Shown here piece by piece: positions 12,301 to 18,697 of a DNA stretch of 27,011 nt. The stretch is from an uncultured Clostridia bacterium (GTDB taxonomy: Bacteria > Bacillota > Clostridia > TANB77 > CAG-508), in assembly GCA_948946035.1 (NCBI GenBank), contig CARBKU010000001.1, forward strand, positions 1 to 27,011, written 5' to 3'. Position numbers and translations under genes: made by a program. The notes under the pieces were generated by a model. The model was not told the DNA's origin. It did no database searches and was given only the letters and a program-made list of their open reading frames with translations. The stretch's first letter is position 1. Every line of letters begins with the position of its first letter.

Positions 12301-13874
12301 ATGAAGCACCAATAAACAAAGACAAATATAGTATTACATTAGTTAAATTAGATAAATATAAGAGACCAATAACAAAGTCAGCTAAATTTGAAATAACACT
12401 TGAAAATGGTCAAAAAGTAAAAGCAGCTACAGATAAAGAAGGAAGAATTGTAATTGAAGATATTGCTACTCCAACTAAAGAAGGAAAATACTCATATGTA
12501 ATACAAGAGATAGTAGCACCAGAAGGATACAAATTGGATTCAGAATATAAGATATTAGAATTTACATTTGCTAAAGTAGATGATGTTATGACAATAACAA
12601 AAGCAGAGATTATCTCAGGAAGCAATGTAACAACTAGTGTAATTGATTCTGGAAGAGGAACAATGGTAGAATTTATAGACGAAAAACAAGGGCTAGAAGA
12701 AGGAAAATACTCAGTTGGTATTACAAAAGTAGATAAAGATGGTAAAGCTATAACAAAACCAGCAACATTTAAAATAATATTACCAGATGGAAAAACACAA
12801 GAAATATCTACAAGCAAATATGGTGTAATTGAATTCAATGGAATAGATTTACCTAATACAGAAAAAGTTGTAGAGTATAAAATAAAAGAGACTGAAGCAC
12901 CAGAAGGTTATAAATTAGACTCAGAAGAAAAAGTAGTACAAATTACATTCAAAAAGGTAGACGGCAAAATGATAATAAAAGAAGCTAAAGTAAAATCAGG
13001 AAGTAACATTAAAGTAGAAGTGAAAGGTGGAGAAGTATTAATTTATATAACTAATAAATCAAAATCTGATGACAATGAAAATAATACAAACAATACAAAT
13101 AATACAAACTCTAATGATACAGATATAAATAGTACAAATAAAAATACTACAAATAGTACAAATGGAATAGGTGCAAACAATACAACTAATGAAAATAAAA
13201 ACACAAACAGTACAAATAAAAACAATACAAATACAAGTACAACTAATACTACAGATAAAAATTCTTCAGGTAATAAGTATAATAGCAATAATAAAAATCA
13301 AACAGAAGGATTTGATATTGAAACTAAAAAGTATTTGACAAGTATCACTCAATTTTATTCTGATACAAATGAAAAGTCAGTGCTTAGCATTGGTAAAACA
13401 AATAAATCAACTAAGTTAGAAGTAAAGGCAAGTAGATTACCATACTTAAGTTTACAATTGGAATATAAGATAATTGTTACAAATGTGGGAACAGAACCAG
13501 GTGTAGTTAATTATATTCAAGATAATGTGCCAAATAATTTAACTATTGATTTACCAAAAAATAAAAATTGGATTCAAAATGGAGATATTATTTTATACTC
13601 ATTAGAAAATGCAGTGCTAGAACCAGGAGAAAGTAGAGAGGCTACAATTATATTAAAATATGATGGAAGCAAACAAAGTCCAGGCTCAATGGTAAATTAT
13701 GCAACATTTATATCAAATGATATAGAGGTAAATAGTAAAAATGACACTGGCAAAGCAGTATTTATACTATCAATTAAAACAGGATATGAATTTGTAATGT
13801 ATGGATTATTAACAGTAACAATGTTGTTGACATTTGGAACAGGTGTGTACTATATTAAAAAATATGTTTTATAA
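393..13874 (+). CDS. Giant (4493 aa) cell-wall-anchored adhesin-like surface protein: signal peptide, VWA domain, many SpaA/CnaB (prealbumin-like Ig) repeats, DUF11-like domain, sortase-type C-terminal anchor
   Basis: Uninterrupted ORF with RBS. Basic/hydrophobic N-terminus ending VNA-D. MIDAS motif ILLDNSYSM followed by IIIITDS. Recurrent modules I-x-K-x-D...L-x-G-x-x-F...T-D-x-x-G...Y-x-I-x-E-x-x-x-P-x-GY...N (E-box, e.g. YKIKETEAPEGY). C-terminal LEYKIIVTNVG...LEPGES, then SIKTG, a hydrophobic helix and KKYVL. Confidence 0.9.
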   Translation: MKDKRKYWIRTIFVTIIIGIATALFFSFVNADLRNEYAIDIIEKEKEKETEEAIIKQTIIEEESNDKELTYQIEVRNKAEKNNDQIAILLDNSYSMGENADINDVRQVARNMANGLCNAASVSFSTNDGVWVSLRNNALGAVNGSINSVSFTSTKSLKDGINSAYNSFDLTDTTAIRTIIIITDSTDMVKEEYDHLKDENINIVTITAGITNNIIGTQESPTYGLMYMLDDLVSNADVAVDYIIKSLTNVHVTNTFTENVLEYFDISIVNKENVSMTENGFIWTPPTIVKTHATLKYKLKLKANKEIDRNILYRDWYSAESVNLSYSMRKNPKTLDIEKTEGPKFTVCETYSVRIKAVSSENSNIPVKGVVFNFSETGSDKVTTLTTDDFGYITINKLKRLDTIEYQIRPQVNIIGYSSEISPRTIKINNDYLGRRVIEIVDADGLNYRVDDDRRIVDFEFPIETQKFDLEVNLTELNNSTIPLEGVEFRLIQPIVNNKYEMKALYGKTDSNGKLIFKPTIMTPSSEQTYEYILSQMTELPGYSSMGNVTLRIKFDNMGNILEIKKVYNNNVTAELVSPSHAVVNIGNESVLTNGFNFELNLTDDKTGNGVDGADYSITVIDYNGATYNYAKNITSDGGKINLTLPGTGYVTIKVTENSPATGYAKDPTSNEILIQRLDNRVNQIATKTPNNLDVIADSNNDKVILNLKTKLRGERNVVKVELVDKDDVDGNGNPLYYISGAELKLTNTVTGKEYANVTTNENGVAEFIVDDEEQGSYSYKVEAINVPYGYSPFETLKFNVEFDRNKYICGANNVDGPIDLIESKVESDDYNTLHTAFVRTHLTIEAANSYLFEIQLRDAQTNAGIGNSIYDIEIRAGEFIKTIKARPTDASGRISTRLFIDRETTNLINITATQTQSAQHYKADVVPQEIAVNITDNTIIHTPTEVLPSDSGLTKYATISGNTIVYHHTNRKKTLDDILLNLSITTITQDEPRAAIGGTQLEITSIEREEINGNVLSYPSIVDPETNERLNKKLVSSTNELTMGNAQLNGLKVKDFEGVSSTYIVGIKVNKRNEVKLKLTFVYNDKNEIECTGVEIYQGQILIPFNGGRQFSSTQTNNGYETNVSLLIYADYGSTGNLSLDLIKKGLDDSSILYGSTFDIIVERPDGSKLINTDLEVTDDIEYNGLYVPLDSKIYITEKKAPMGYSKIDGTIVLKAKEIDEYTNEVTLEVDSTTNAKVKSKVALHKGLSIVLASGAVQSVYSLEMFDAREDIFNIQIDAIDNKNSAEVVPNAKFSIDTSKGSHKITNATDAKGQVSQKVGGRYDDKTSPVTYTIENSQAGTYYKKVKDSIKVQVYFTDENEVDTIATLAGQTDPHYVTNGTTPGDWWFVTTNKKDSRGNIITDIEIKMVMEKQDPLKVEIETVDKFSNQVITTDIGYSVKNSLGLYEGKLDSRVIKADVKYVLTNGVETYSLVQNIGEGKYIGLDNLTFTVVYDANGNIDTTSPVTTNNSDVAVVSATGKTVKLRVYVEPTVPVTFENSRYFDHSVKLQGAEFDVISATNVTLGQATTGSNGKGLAYGGKFGTSQIIRYTIKQTKAAKGYAKIEDFEIDVEYGENREILSAELVVPDNRFVSVGKIQPSTSASYGYRGNDKGIVTIEIFSYPEMIFNIENVDRQDNTKKLAGTTYQVTSSIKTGDNNVVTGDDGIGKAHLDRTVFDNSIVYTIKEISPAPNYQSLYISTQIEVFFDEDGYVTSANILKRDDVTSFTIPEDASAEVNPEDLFRVDITIQSNVLEKLSIHKVDKEDSNIPLKDVDFEITARVLKDTLTGLTEEDKNELIIGNGTMTDDDYLGEVIERLKINQDDVLEIRKEIVVEEYLNELDKVGAITKEQYDNVIAGVNGTDKINRLIDLGLLKKGQSNTLIKNITNLQVINVLISEGKTTQFTVNDILEQVKKLVKIDVDRVTTDEAGNAVAHMDKTLANKTIEYTIKETRKAIGYDWPDEIIILEIQYDSTGKMAVDSTTGEPIVKKISGDMDIVSSNADDFQVDLTLYNKPSDEIQIHITVEDAYDRNKRLEIGEYNAYLTTSKYAKDSKYQATLASNGMASGQVTSNTNLGIQTTTTGAHGEDIANLGLYEEPAGTRVLRVDEITKPDKYYVGNQAYFSTYQSIRYHMLFNVTFNDEGSVIDVAPHNWGGRNEEIGGYNADSRYLKITHTRNTIDITIRYYPMVEMSLHVQDKYTKQPVSGEKFVISTSDRTGNITPEEEVSAGYIGINTGTSYDQYYSSSEIAPIDSSKLYKDYTYKGCAPIEAEAKDLNGSDYKVRTFYIYEQAEPSGYQKYRPRHYYESRNELIGTICVKYNAAGEVVESWIGSEVSHNNIKSGFLSTLIVNKGDSINDNKHHVDLTIEYAPRITVTAKAEDSISHVGMEGVKFDPYLNPTEVSNTSYEYRTKYDFYTNTNGYTDWTYWGANIDNGSAVYKIKASNLKEGYLQSSEDTTIEVEVTYNSEGKIASAKVLSRNTFNDENAYIDESCYGTTELKLIFKMERTLGLQINKVDRYDNTINLAAKFKITSDVDSSITNGEEFIINTASQTPQVAGRMLAGKTVEYTLSEVGVPDGYIAPGNNLKIKVSYNMDGTVKSVKPADSFTEKYVTVNYKCAEARSLNNTVIKDFEITITNEPKLAIELQMLDKFYNNIKLENVELIFTNNKGDVGVGNLVTNSTGSISTYVGPVYPNETITYTITQKTKASGYYMLKAPIKFTVTYDETGRAVDIPILTDSNSQEYAKLLDTDLNVFRNTHTARLQVYNMPEDVKLGITKYNELTKAPLQNVQFKVTVEENGRTHDAGTINTNVNGLAVGKIDTFIETASGRVVTYTIHEVNQPDSFRRMQDLVIRVVYAPDGGITSWLELNNDSKLSYDIYARGNTNIAKLDNKYVHMNLKVPNNNSYDLIVKDEDSTYAGLGIEGTTYDVTIDGEVKKLSQTDTNGKTAIRKLTNSGNFKIVIAERTIGEGYRRDTKNNITLEIKKAATGAYKLVLDTGSMNDYVITPGTSVIPTEKIYNVQLDATTGKTAVVKVDESYGTIEVVFKNEPMLELTLLNQDLNTKAALKGVKFEITAKDLNTGVIDIITTEKNNITGNDGKLYFDLGSPIKNTTIEYTITELTKPDPADVYTIIMPPQKVTVVYDIYGKIVSIKPNSDSALRTQTILQYKSENKTDTEKSNCRNMLFIVGNGTTSGYKVKVVSEDATTGKRINGSKFDVEVKDGANQTLTLRTGGVTQNLCTDGKYYGDENLDSKVVVERGINKTDKITKDGKIYINIDQVGFKDGYAAGTQRTNGIVELTTSFVSNPNGSSDDLLKATIENRDGLEVSVNESAREITIVVKNESRVTLNITKVKTVKDSAGNKKEETISGATFKVTSEILTATEHKATDLNVDTRPTGQDGKTSESIGEALAQKGVVYTIHENKMEGYEQLEDIQIYVLYGLDGYIKECELLSNYTDVSNEMLQKCIGKRKIDLKVFNRPIVKDYKIVVEKHNVVDDLYPDLIPGVEFKIKLDEEFGKSKEWNSITNIDGVITSNYYSGHGLIKIELTEVNPVPEGYKANPYTMHVVLSRDEATGEIKKLNAELNIDIDQENQVIYLKPVNNFSDNTYALTIDKIDTTTNKMIENNSATFDIEITKDESVTEEPDTEVKPDGDKEPDTEVKPDGDKEPGTEGETEKETEASTEIESSEKSASDVSETTESLEFKQVIENLKTDNTGRVTKLGTKLPEEPGTYIFEIKERQTPTGYENDPSPIKYRVVIEKDEEENRYIKSAEKISGDYSSILKIGKNVFAIRVGNIAEDDILSKDEFKIDITKVDKDEKTITGDAIFKITAPDGKEQYIPTEDGKIYLRKLKMPSEEGTIEYKIQEIMPPEGYKLDRTEKTLKIKFVKDVTTTGAETKLKIESAEIVGENAKITQNSDSSISINIKNEEGTNEAPINKDKYSITLVKLDKYKRPITKSAKFEITLENGQKVKAATDKEGRIVIEDIATPTKEGKYSYVIQEIVAPEGYKLDSEYKILEFTFAKVDDVMTITKAEIISGSNVTTSVIDSGRGTMVEFIDEKQGLEEGKYSVGITKVDKDGKAITKPATFKIILPDGKTQEISTSKYGVIEFNGIDLPNTEKVVEYKIKETEAPEGYKLDSEEKVVQITFKKVDGKMIIKEAKVKSGSNIKVEVKGGEVLIYITNKSKSDDNENNTNNTNNTNSNDTDINSTNKNTTNSTNGIGANNTTNENKNTNSTNKNNTNTSTTNTTDKNSSGNKYNSNNKNQTEGFDIETKKYLTSITQFYSDTNEKSVLSIGKTNKSTKLEVKASRLPYLSLQLEYKIIVTNVGTEPGVVNYIQDNVPNNLTIDLPKNKNWIQNGDIILYSLENAVLEPGESREATIILKYDGSKQSPGSMVNYATFISNDIEVNSKNDTGKAVFILSIKTGYEFVMYGLLTVTMLLTFGTGVYYIKKYVL
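11431..11520 (+). repeat. In-frame 36-bp tandem repeat (about 2.5 copies) encoding EPDTEVKPDGDK
   Basis: AAGAACCAGATACAGAAGTAAAACCAGATGGAGAYA at 11431-11466 and 11467-11502, plus a partial diverged copy at 11503-11520. Confidence 0.95.
13070..13300 (+). repeat. Low-complexity Asn/Thr-rich linker coding region
   Basis: Encodes NENNTNNTNNTNSNDTDINSTNKNTTNSTN...; built from degenerate AATACAAAY/AGTACAAAT units. Confidence 0.8.
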
Positions 13875-13888
13875 TAATGTTTAATACT

Positions 13889-13937
13889 ATAATACAAAGG
13901 AGGAGATTCTATTTCAGAATTCCTTCTTTTGTATTAT
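13889..13937 (+). terminator. Intrinsic terminator hairpin after the giant gene
   Basis: ATAATACAAAGGAGGAGATTCT-ATTTC-AGAATTCCTTCTTTTGTATTAT: 22-bp stem with G-U pairs and one mismatch, starting about 15 nt after the stop codon. Confidence 0.8.
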
Positions 13938-13950
13938 TGAGAACTAAGGA

Positions 13951-14258
13951 ATGATAACTTGGGGGATGGAGGAAAAATCATGATGACCCATTAGGACAGA
14001 AAATTTTGACAATAATTCAAATTAACTGCTCGCTCCCAAAGGTTTATAATTATATTTTTTTGTCTACTTTCCCATTCTAAAAATTCTAAAGAAAAGTTTT
14101 TAAAACTTTTCTAAGAATTTTTGAACGGTTACCCCGGAATCGTTCAAAAAAAATAGAATTATAAACCTTCTCGCGCTAATTAAAATAATATTGTTATTGT
14201 CAAAATTTTCTGTCCTAATGGGTCATCATGATTTTTCCTCTGTGCCCCAAGTCATCAT
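13951..14258. mobile_element. 308-bp non-autonomous MITE/REPIN-like palindromic element with 65-bp terminal inverted repeats and nested internal hairpins
   Basis: 13951-14015 vs 14194-14258 are inverted repeats (61/65 identical, inner 47 bp perfect). Inner IR 14039-14061/14147-14169 (22/23). Palindrome 14079-14122. Hairpin 14118-14150. No coding capacity and no target-site duplication seen, so mobility is inferred. Confidence 0.65.
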
Positions 14259-14302
14259 CTCTGTCCACAAATGGCACACATTGGAAAAAAATTCAAAAAA
14301 CC

Positions 14303-14332
14303 TTGACACAAGCCTATAAAATATGATACAAT
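14303..14332 (+). promoter_or_regulatory. Sigma-A promoter of rpoBC
   Basis: TTGACA (14303-14308), 18-bp spacer ending in extended -10 TG, TACAAT (14327-14332). A-tracts lie upstream. Confidence 0.7.
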
Positions 14333-14773
14333 TGCATGGACTTTTACAAAAAGAGATAGTACCAAATTGGTAATAAAAAAATAAGGGTGATAAAAATTAA
14401 ATACAAAATTTATTATTAAAAATAAATAAAGCTTAGAGCCAGTTGAAAAATTAAAAAAGTTCAACAGCTCTTTTATTGCCGTTAATTTTATAAACAAGTT
14501 AATTTTGCATCATGAAATTTTAATTAATAATTCAAAGGTAAAAATTAAAAGAAGAGGAATTAAGTTCAAAATGACCTAAAGATGGTTAATTTGTAAGAGC
14601 AGACAAATTAAAAATCCTTAGAAATCAAATTAAATTTAAGAAGGACTTCTTTTAAAAATTTAAAAATCAATAAATGCAAATCAAAAATTTGCATACTTAA
14701 ATTCTAAGTCAATGCGAATAGCATTATTCTAGAACTTAAGCATCTGCTTAATATAATTTTAGGAGTGATTTTT

Positions 14774-17700
14774 TTGAAGTTAAAAGAAATTCAATATGAG
14801 AAAACATCTCGTAAAGACTTTGCAAAAGTTGGTGATTACATTGAAATGCCAAACCTAATTAAAGTACAAAAAGACTCATATGACTGGTTTGTAGAAGAAG
14901 GACTAGGAGAAGTACTAAAAGACATTTCACCAATTGAAGACTATTCTGGAAACCTAGTGCTAGAATTTTTCGATTACTACATGGAAGAAAAAACAAAGTA
15001 TTCAGTAGAAGAAGCAAAAGAAAGAGATGCAACATATTCTACAAGATTACACGTAAAAGTAAGATTAATCAATAGAGAAACAGGAGAAATCAAAGAGCAA
15101 GAAATATACTTAGGAGATTTTCCACTAATGACAGAAAGTGGAACATTTGTAATAAATGGAGCAGAAAGAGTTGTAGTAAGTCAGTTAGTACGTTCACCAG
15201 GATGTTACTATGCAGAAGAATTTGACACCAAAACAGGAAAGAAAACATACACATCAACAGTTATGCCATTACGTGGAGCATGGTTAGAATACGAAACAGA
15301 CGGAAATGACATATTCTATGTACGTGTTGACAGAACAAGAAAAGTTCCAGTAACAACACTATTAAGAGCAATAGGAATAATAACAGATGACCAAATAAGA
15401 GAATTATTTGGCGATGAAGAAATGATAACAGCAACAATTGCAAAAGACACAATAAAAGACCAAGACGAAGCATTAATAGAAATTTACAAAAAATTAAGAC
15501 CAGGGGAACTACCAACAGTAGATGCTGCAAGAAACCTATTTAATGGGCTATTCTATGACAACAGAAGATATGATTTAGCAAAAGTAGGAAGATACAAATT
15601 TAATCAAAAATTAAACTTAGCATTAAGAATAAAAGGAAAAGTGTCAGCAGAAGACATAGTAGATAGCGAAACAGGCGAAGTTTTTGTACAAGCTGGAGAA
15701 ATAATAACAGAAGAAGTAGCAGAAGCAATACAAAATTCTGGAATAAACGTTGTAGACATAATGCTTGCAGACAGGAAAATTAGAATTATTGGAAATAGTA
15801 CAGTAAATATATACAGTATATTACCAAATATAGATTTAAGCAAATTACATATAAAAGAATTAGTAAATTATAATGTATTAAAAAATATTATAGACAATAC
15901 TGAAGAAAAAGATTTACCAAAAGCATTAGAAGAAAGAATAGAAGAATTAGTTCCAAAAACTATTACAACAGAAGATATGATAGCTTCTATAAACTACTTA
16001 TTAAATATCTCACATGGATTAGGAGAACCAGATGACATTGACCACTTAGCAAATCGTAGAATTCGTTGTGTAGGAGAATTATTGCAAAATCAATTTAGAA
16101 TTGGTTTAACAAGACTAGAAAGAGTAGTACGTGAAAGAATGACAATACAAGACTTAGACGTTGTAACACCACAAACACTAATCAATACAAAACCAATAAC
16201 ATCAGCAATAAGAGAATTCTTTGGAAGTTCACAATTATCACAATTCATGGATCAAACAAACCCACTTTCAGAATTAACACATAAAAGAAGAATTTCAGCA
16301 TTAGGACCTGGTGGACTAACAAGAGAAAGAGCTGGATTTGAGGTTCGTGACGTACACTATACTCACTATGGTAGATTATGTCCAATAGAATCTCCAGAAG
16401 GACCAAACATTGGATTAATTTCTGCACTTTCATCATTTGCGCAAATTAACGAATATGGATTTATAGAAACACCATACAGGAAAGTAGATCCAGAAACACA
16501 TAAATTAACAGATATAGTTGAATATATGAGTGCAGATATAGAAGATAATTACATCATTGCCCAAGCATCTGAACCAGTAGAACAAAATGGAAAATTTGTA
16601 AATGAAAGAATTAGAGTAAGATATAAAAACGAAATTATAGAAGTAGAAAATAGCAAAGTTCAATATGTAGATGTTTCACCAAAACAATTAGTATCTGTTG
16701 CAGCAGCAATGATACCATTCTTAGAGCATGATGATGCAAAAAGAGCATTAATGGGTGCTAACATGCAACGTCAAGCAGTACCATTAATGATTACAGAAAG
16801 TCCAATAGTAGGAACAGGTATAGAATATAGAGCAGCAAAAGACTCTGGAATATTAGTATTAGCAGAAGATGATGGTGTTATTGAAAAAGTAACAGGAGAC
16901 GCTATATCAGTAAAATATAAAAATGGTAAGACAGTTACACATAAATTACGTAAATTTAAAAGAACAAATGGTGGAACATGTATTAACCAAAAACCAATTG
17001 TAAAAGCTGGAGAAAAAGTAAATAAAGGTGATAGTATTGCAGACGGACCAGCAACACAAAATGGAGAAATGGCACTAGGTAAAAACGTATTGGTAGCCTT
17101 TTCAACATGGGAAGGATACAATTACGAGGATGCTATTTTAATAAACGAAAAATTAGTAAAAGAGGATGCATTTACATCAATTCATATAGAAGAGTATGAT
17201 TGTGAATGTCGTGATACAAAACTAGGTGCAGAAGAAATTACAAGAGATATTCCAAATGTTGGAGATGACTCATTAAAAGACTTAGACGAAAATGGAATTA
17301 TAAGAATAGGTGCAGAAGTTAGACCTGGAGATATTTTAGTTGGTAAAGTTACACCAAAAGGAGAAACAGACTTAACAGCGGAAGAAAGGCTATTAAGAGC
17401 GATATTTGGAGAAAAAGCAAGAGAAGTAAGAGATACATCATTAAGAGTACCACATGGAGAAGCAGGAACAATAGTAGATGTTAAAATCTTTACAAGAGAC
17501 AACTCAGATGAATTAGGACCAGGTGTAAATCAAATAATTAGATGTTATATAGCAACAAAAAGAAAAATTTCTGTAGGTGACAAAATGGCTGGACGTCATG
17601 GGAATAAAGGTGTTATTTCAAGAGTTTTACCTGAAGAAGATATGCCATTTATGCCAGATGGTACACCAATTGACATTTTATTAAACCCACTAGGAGTTCC

Positions 17701-18538
17701 TTCACGTATGAACTTAGGTCAAGTGCTAGAAGTTCACTTAGGTGGAGCAGCAAAAGCCTTAGGATGGAAAGTGGCTACACCAGTATTTGATGGAGCAACA
17801 GAAAAAGATGTTAAAGAAGTATTAAAAGAAGCTAACATGAGTGAAGATGGAAAAATGGTACTTTATGATGGAAGAACAGGTGAACCATTTGATAAACCAA
17901 TTACAGTTGGTGTTATGTACATGTTAAAACTTCACCATTTAGTAGATGATAAAATACATGCTCGTTCAACTGGACCATACTCTTTAGTAACACAACAACC
18001 TTTAGGAGGTAAAGCGCAATTTGGTGGTCAACGTTTTGGAGAAATGGAAGTTTGGGCACTAGAAGCATATGGAGCATCATATACATTACAAGAAATGTTA
18101 ACTGTAAAATCAGATGATGTTGTTGGAAGAGTAAAAACTTATGAAGCAATTGTAAAAGGAGAAAATGTTCCAGAACCAGGAGTTCCAGAGAGCTTTAAAG
18201 TATTGGTTAAGGAATTACAATCTTTAGGATTAAATGTTAGATTATATTCTGATAATAACGAAGAATTAGAATTAAAAGAAAATATTGAAGAAGGTATAGA
18301 ATACGACCCAGAACAAGAGAAAAAATTATTAGCTGAAGAAGAAGTAATTGCTGATGGAGATTTAGATGGCTATGTAGAAGAAGCAACAGAGGATGATATG
18401 TTATATGAAGATGATGATTCTATAGAAGATGATAGTGATGAACTATTTGAAGGCTTAGATGACGATGGAGACGAATTATTATTTGACAGTGACTTGGCTA
18501 GTGATAATATTGATAATGATGAAGATATTATTGAGTAA
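14774..18538 (+). CDS. rpoB: DNA-directed RNA polymerase beta subunit
   Basis: Motifs [59 protein letters not shown]. The start is more likely TTG at 14774 (AGGAG RBS at 14761-14765) than the track's GTG at 14765, which overlaps the RBS. Confidence 0.99.
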   Translation: MKLKEIQYEKTSRKDFAKVGDYIEMPNLIKVQKDSYDWFVEEGLGEVLKDISPIEDYSGNLVLEFFDYYMEEKTKYSVEEAKERDATYSTRLHVKVRLINRETGEIKEQEIYLGDFPLMTESGTFVINGAERVVVSQLVRSPGCYYAEEFDTKTGKKTYTSTVMPLRGAWLEYETDGNDIFYVRVDRTRKVPVTTLLRAIGIITDDQIRELFGDEEMITATIAKDTIKDQDEALIEIYKKLRPGELPTVDAARNLFNGLFYDNRRYDLAKVGRYKFNQKLNLALRIKGKVSAEDIVDSETGEVFVQAGEIITEEVAEAIQNSGINVVDIMLADRKIRIIGNSTVNIYSILPNIDLSKLHIKELVNYNVLKNIIDNTEEKDLPKALEERIEELVPKTITTEDMIASINYLLNISHGLGEPDDIDHLANRRIRCVGELLQNQFRIGLTRLERVVRERMTIQDLDVVTPQTLINTKPITSAIREFFGSSQLSQFMDQTNPLSELTHKRRISALGPGGLTRERAGFEVRDVHYTHYGRLCPIESPEGPNIGLISALSSFAQINEYGFIETPYRKVDPETHKLTDIVEYMSADIEDNYIIAQASEPVEQNGKFVNERIRVRYKNEIIEVENSKVQYVDVSPKQLVSVAAAMIPFLEHDDAKRALMGANMQRQAVPLMITESPIVGTGIEYRAAKDSGILVLAEDDGVIEKVTGDAISVKYKNGKTVTHKLRKFKRTNGGTCINQKPIVKAGEKVNKGDSIADGPATQNGEMALGKNVLVAFSTWEGYNYEDAILINEKLVKEDAFTSIHIEEYDCECRDTKLGAEEITRDIPNVGDDSLKDLDENGIIRIGAEVRPGDILVGKVTPKGETDLTAEERLLRAIFGEKAREVRDTSLRVPHGEAGTIVDVKIFTRDNSDELGPGVNQIIRCYIATKRKISVGDKMAGRHGNKGVISRVLPEEDMPFMPDGTPIDILLNPLGVPSRMNLGQVLEVHLGGAAKALGWKVATPVFDGATEKDVKEVLKEANMSEDGKMVLYDGRTGEPFDKPITVGVMYMLKLHHLVDDKIHARSTGPYSLVTQQPLGGKAQFGGQRFGEMEVWALEAYGASYTLQEMLTVKSDDVVGRVKTYEAIVKGENVPEPGVPESFKVLVKELQSLGLNVRLYSDNNEELELKENIEEGIEYDPEQEKKLLAEEEVIADGDLDGYVEEATEDDMLYEDDDSIEDDSDELFEGLDDDGDELLFDSDLASDNIDNDEDIIE

Positions 18539-18697
18539 AATGAAATAAAAAATAGTAACTAAATAAATTCTAAAAAGAAAAAAAGCGACCAAAAGGAATT
18601 GTTCGAGCAGTGGAAAGTCTTTAAAATCTGTTTTAGAAGATAACTTATGCAATTGAGCAAAGCGAAATTGTAAACCTATTAAAGAGGGGGAAAAGTA

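Noticed and set aside
14255..14497. 80-aa minus-strand ORF ending at the palindromic element as its transposase or a toxin
   Set aside because: No catalytic motifs, low complexity, and it overlaps the rpoB promoter.
16220..16320. Rifampicin-resistance substitutions in RpoB cluster I
   Set aside because: [31 protein letters not shown] retains the susceptible-type Q, D, H, R and S residues.
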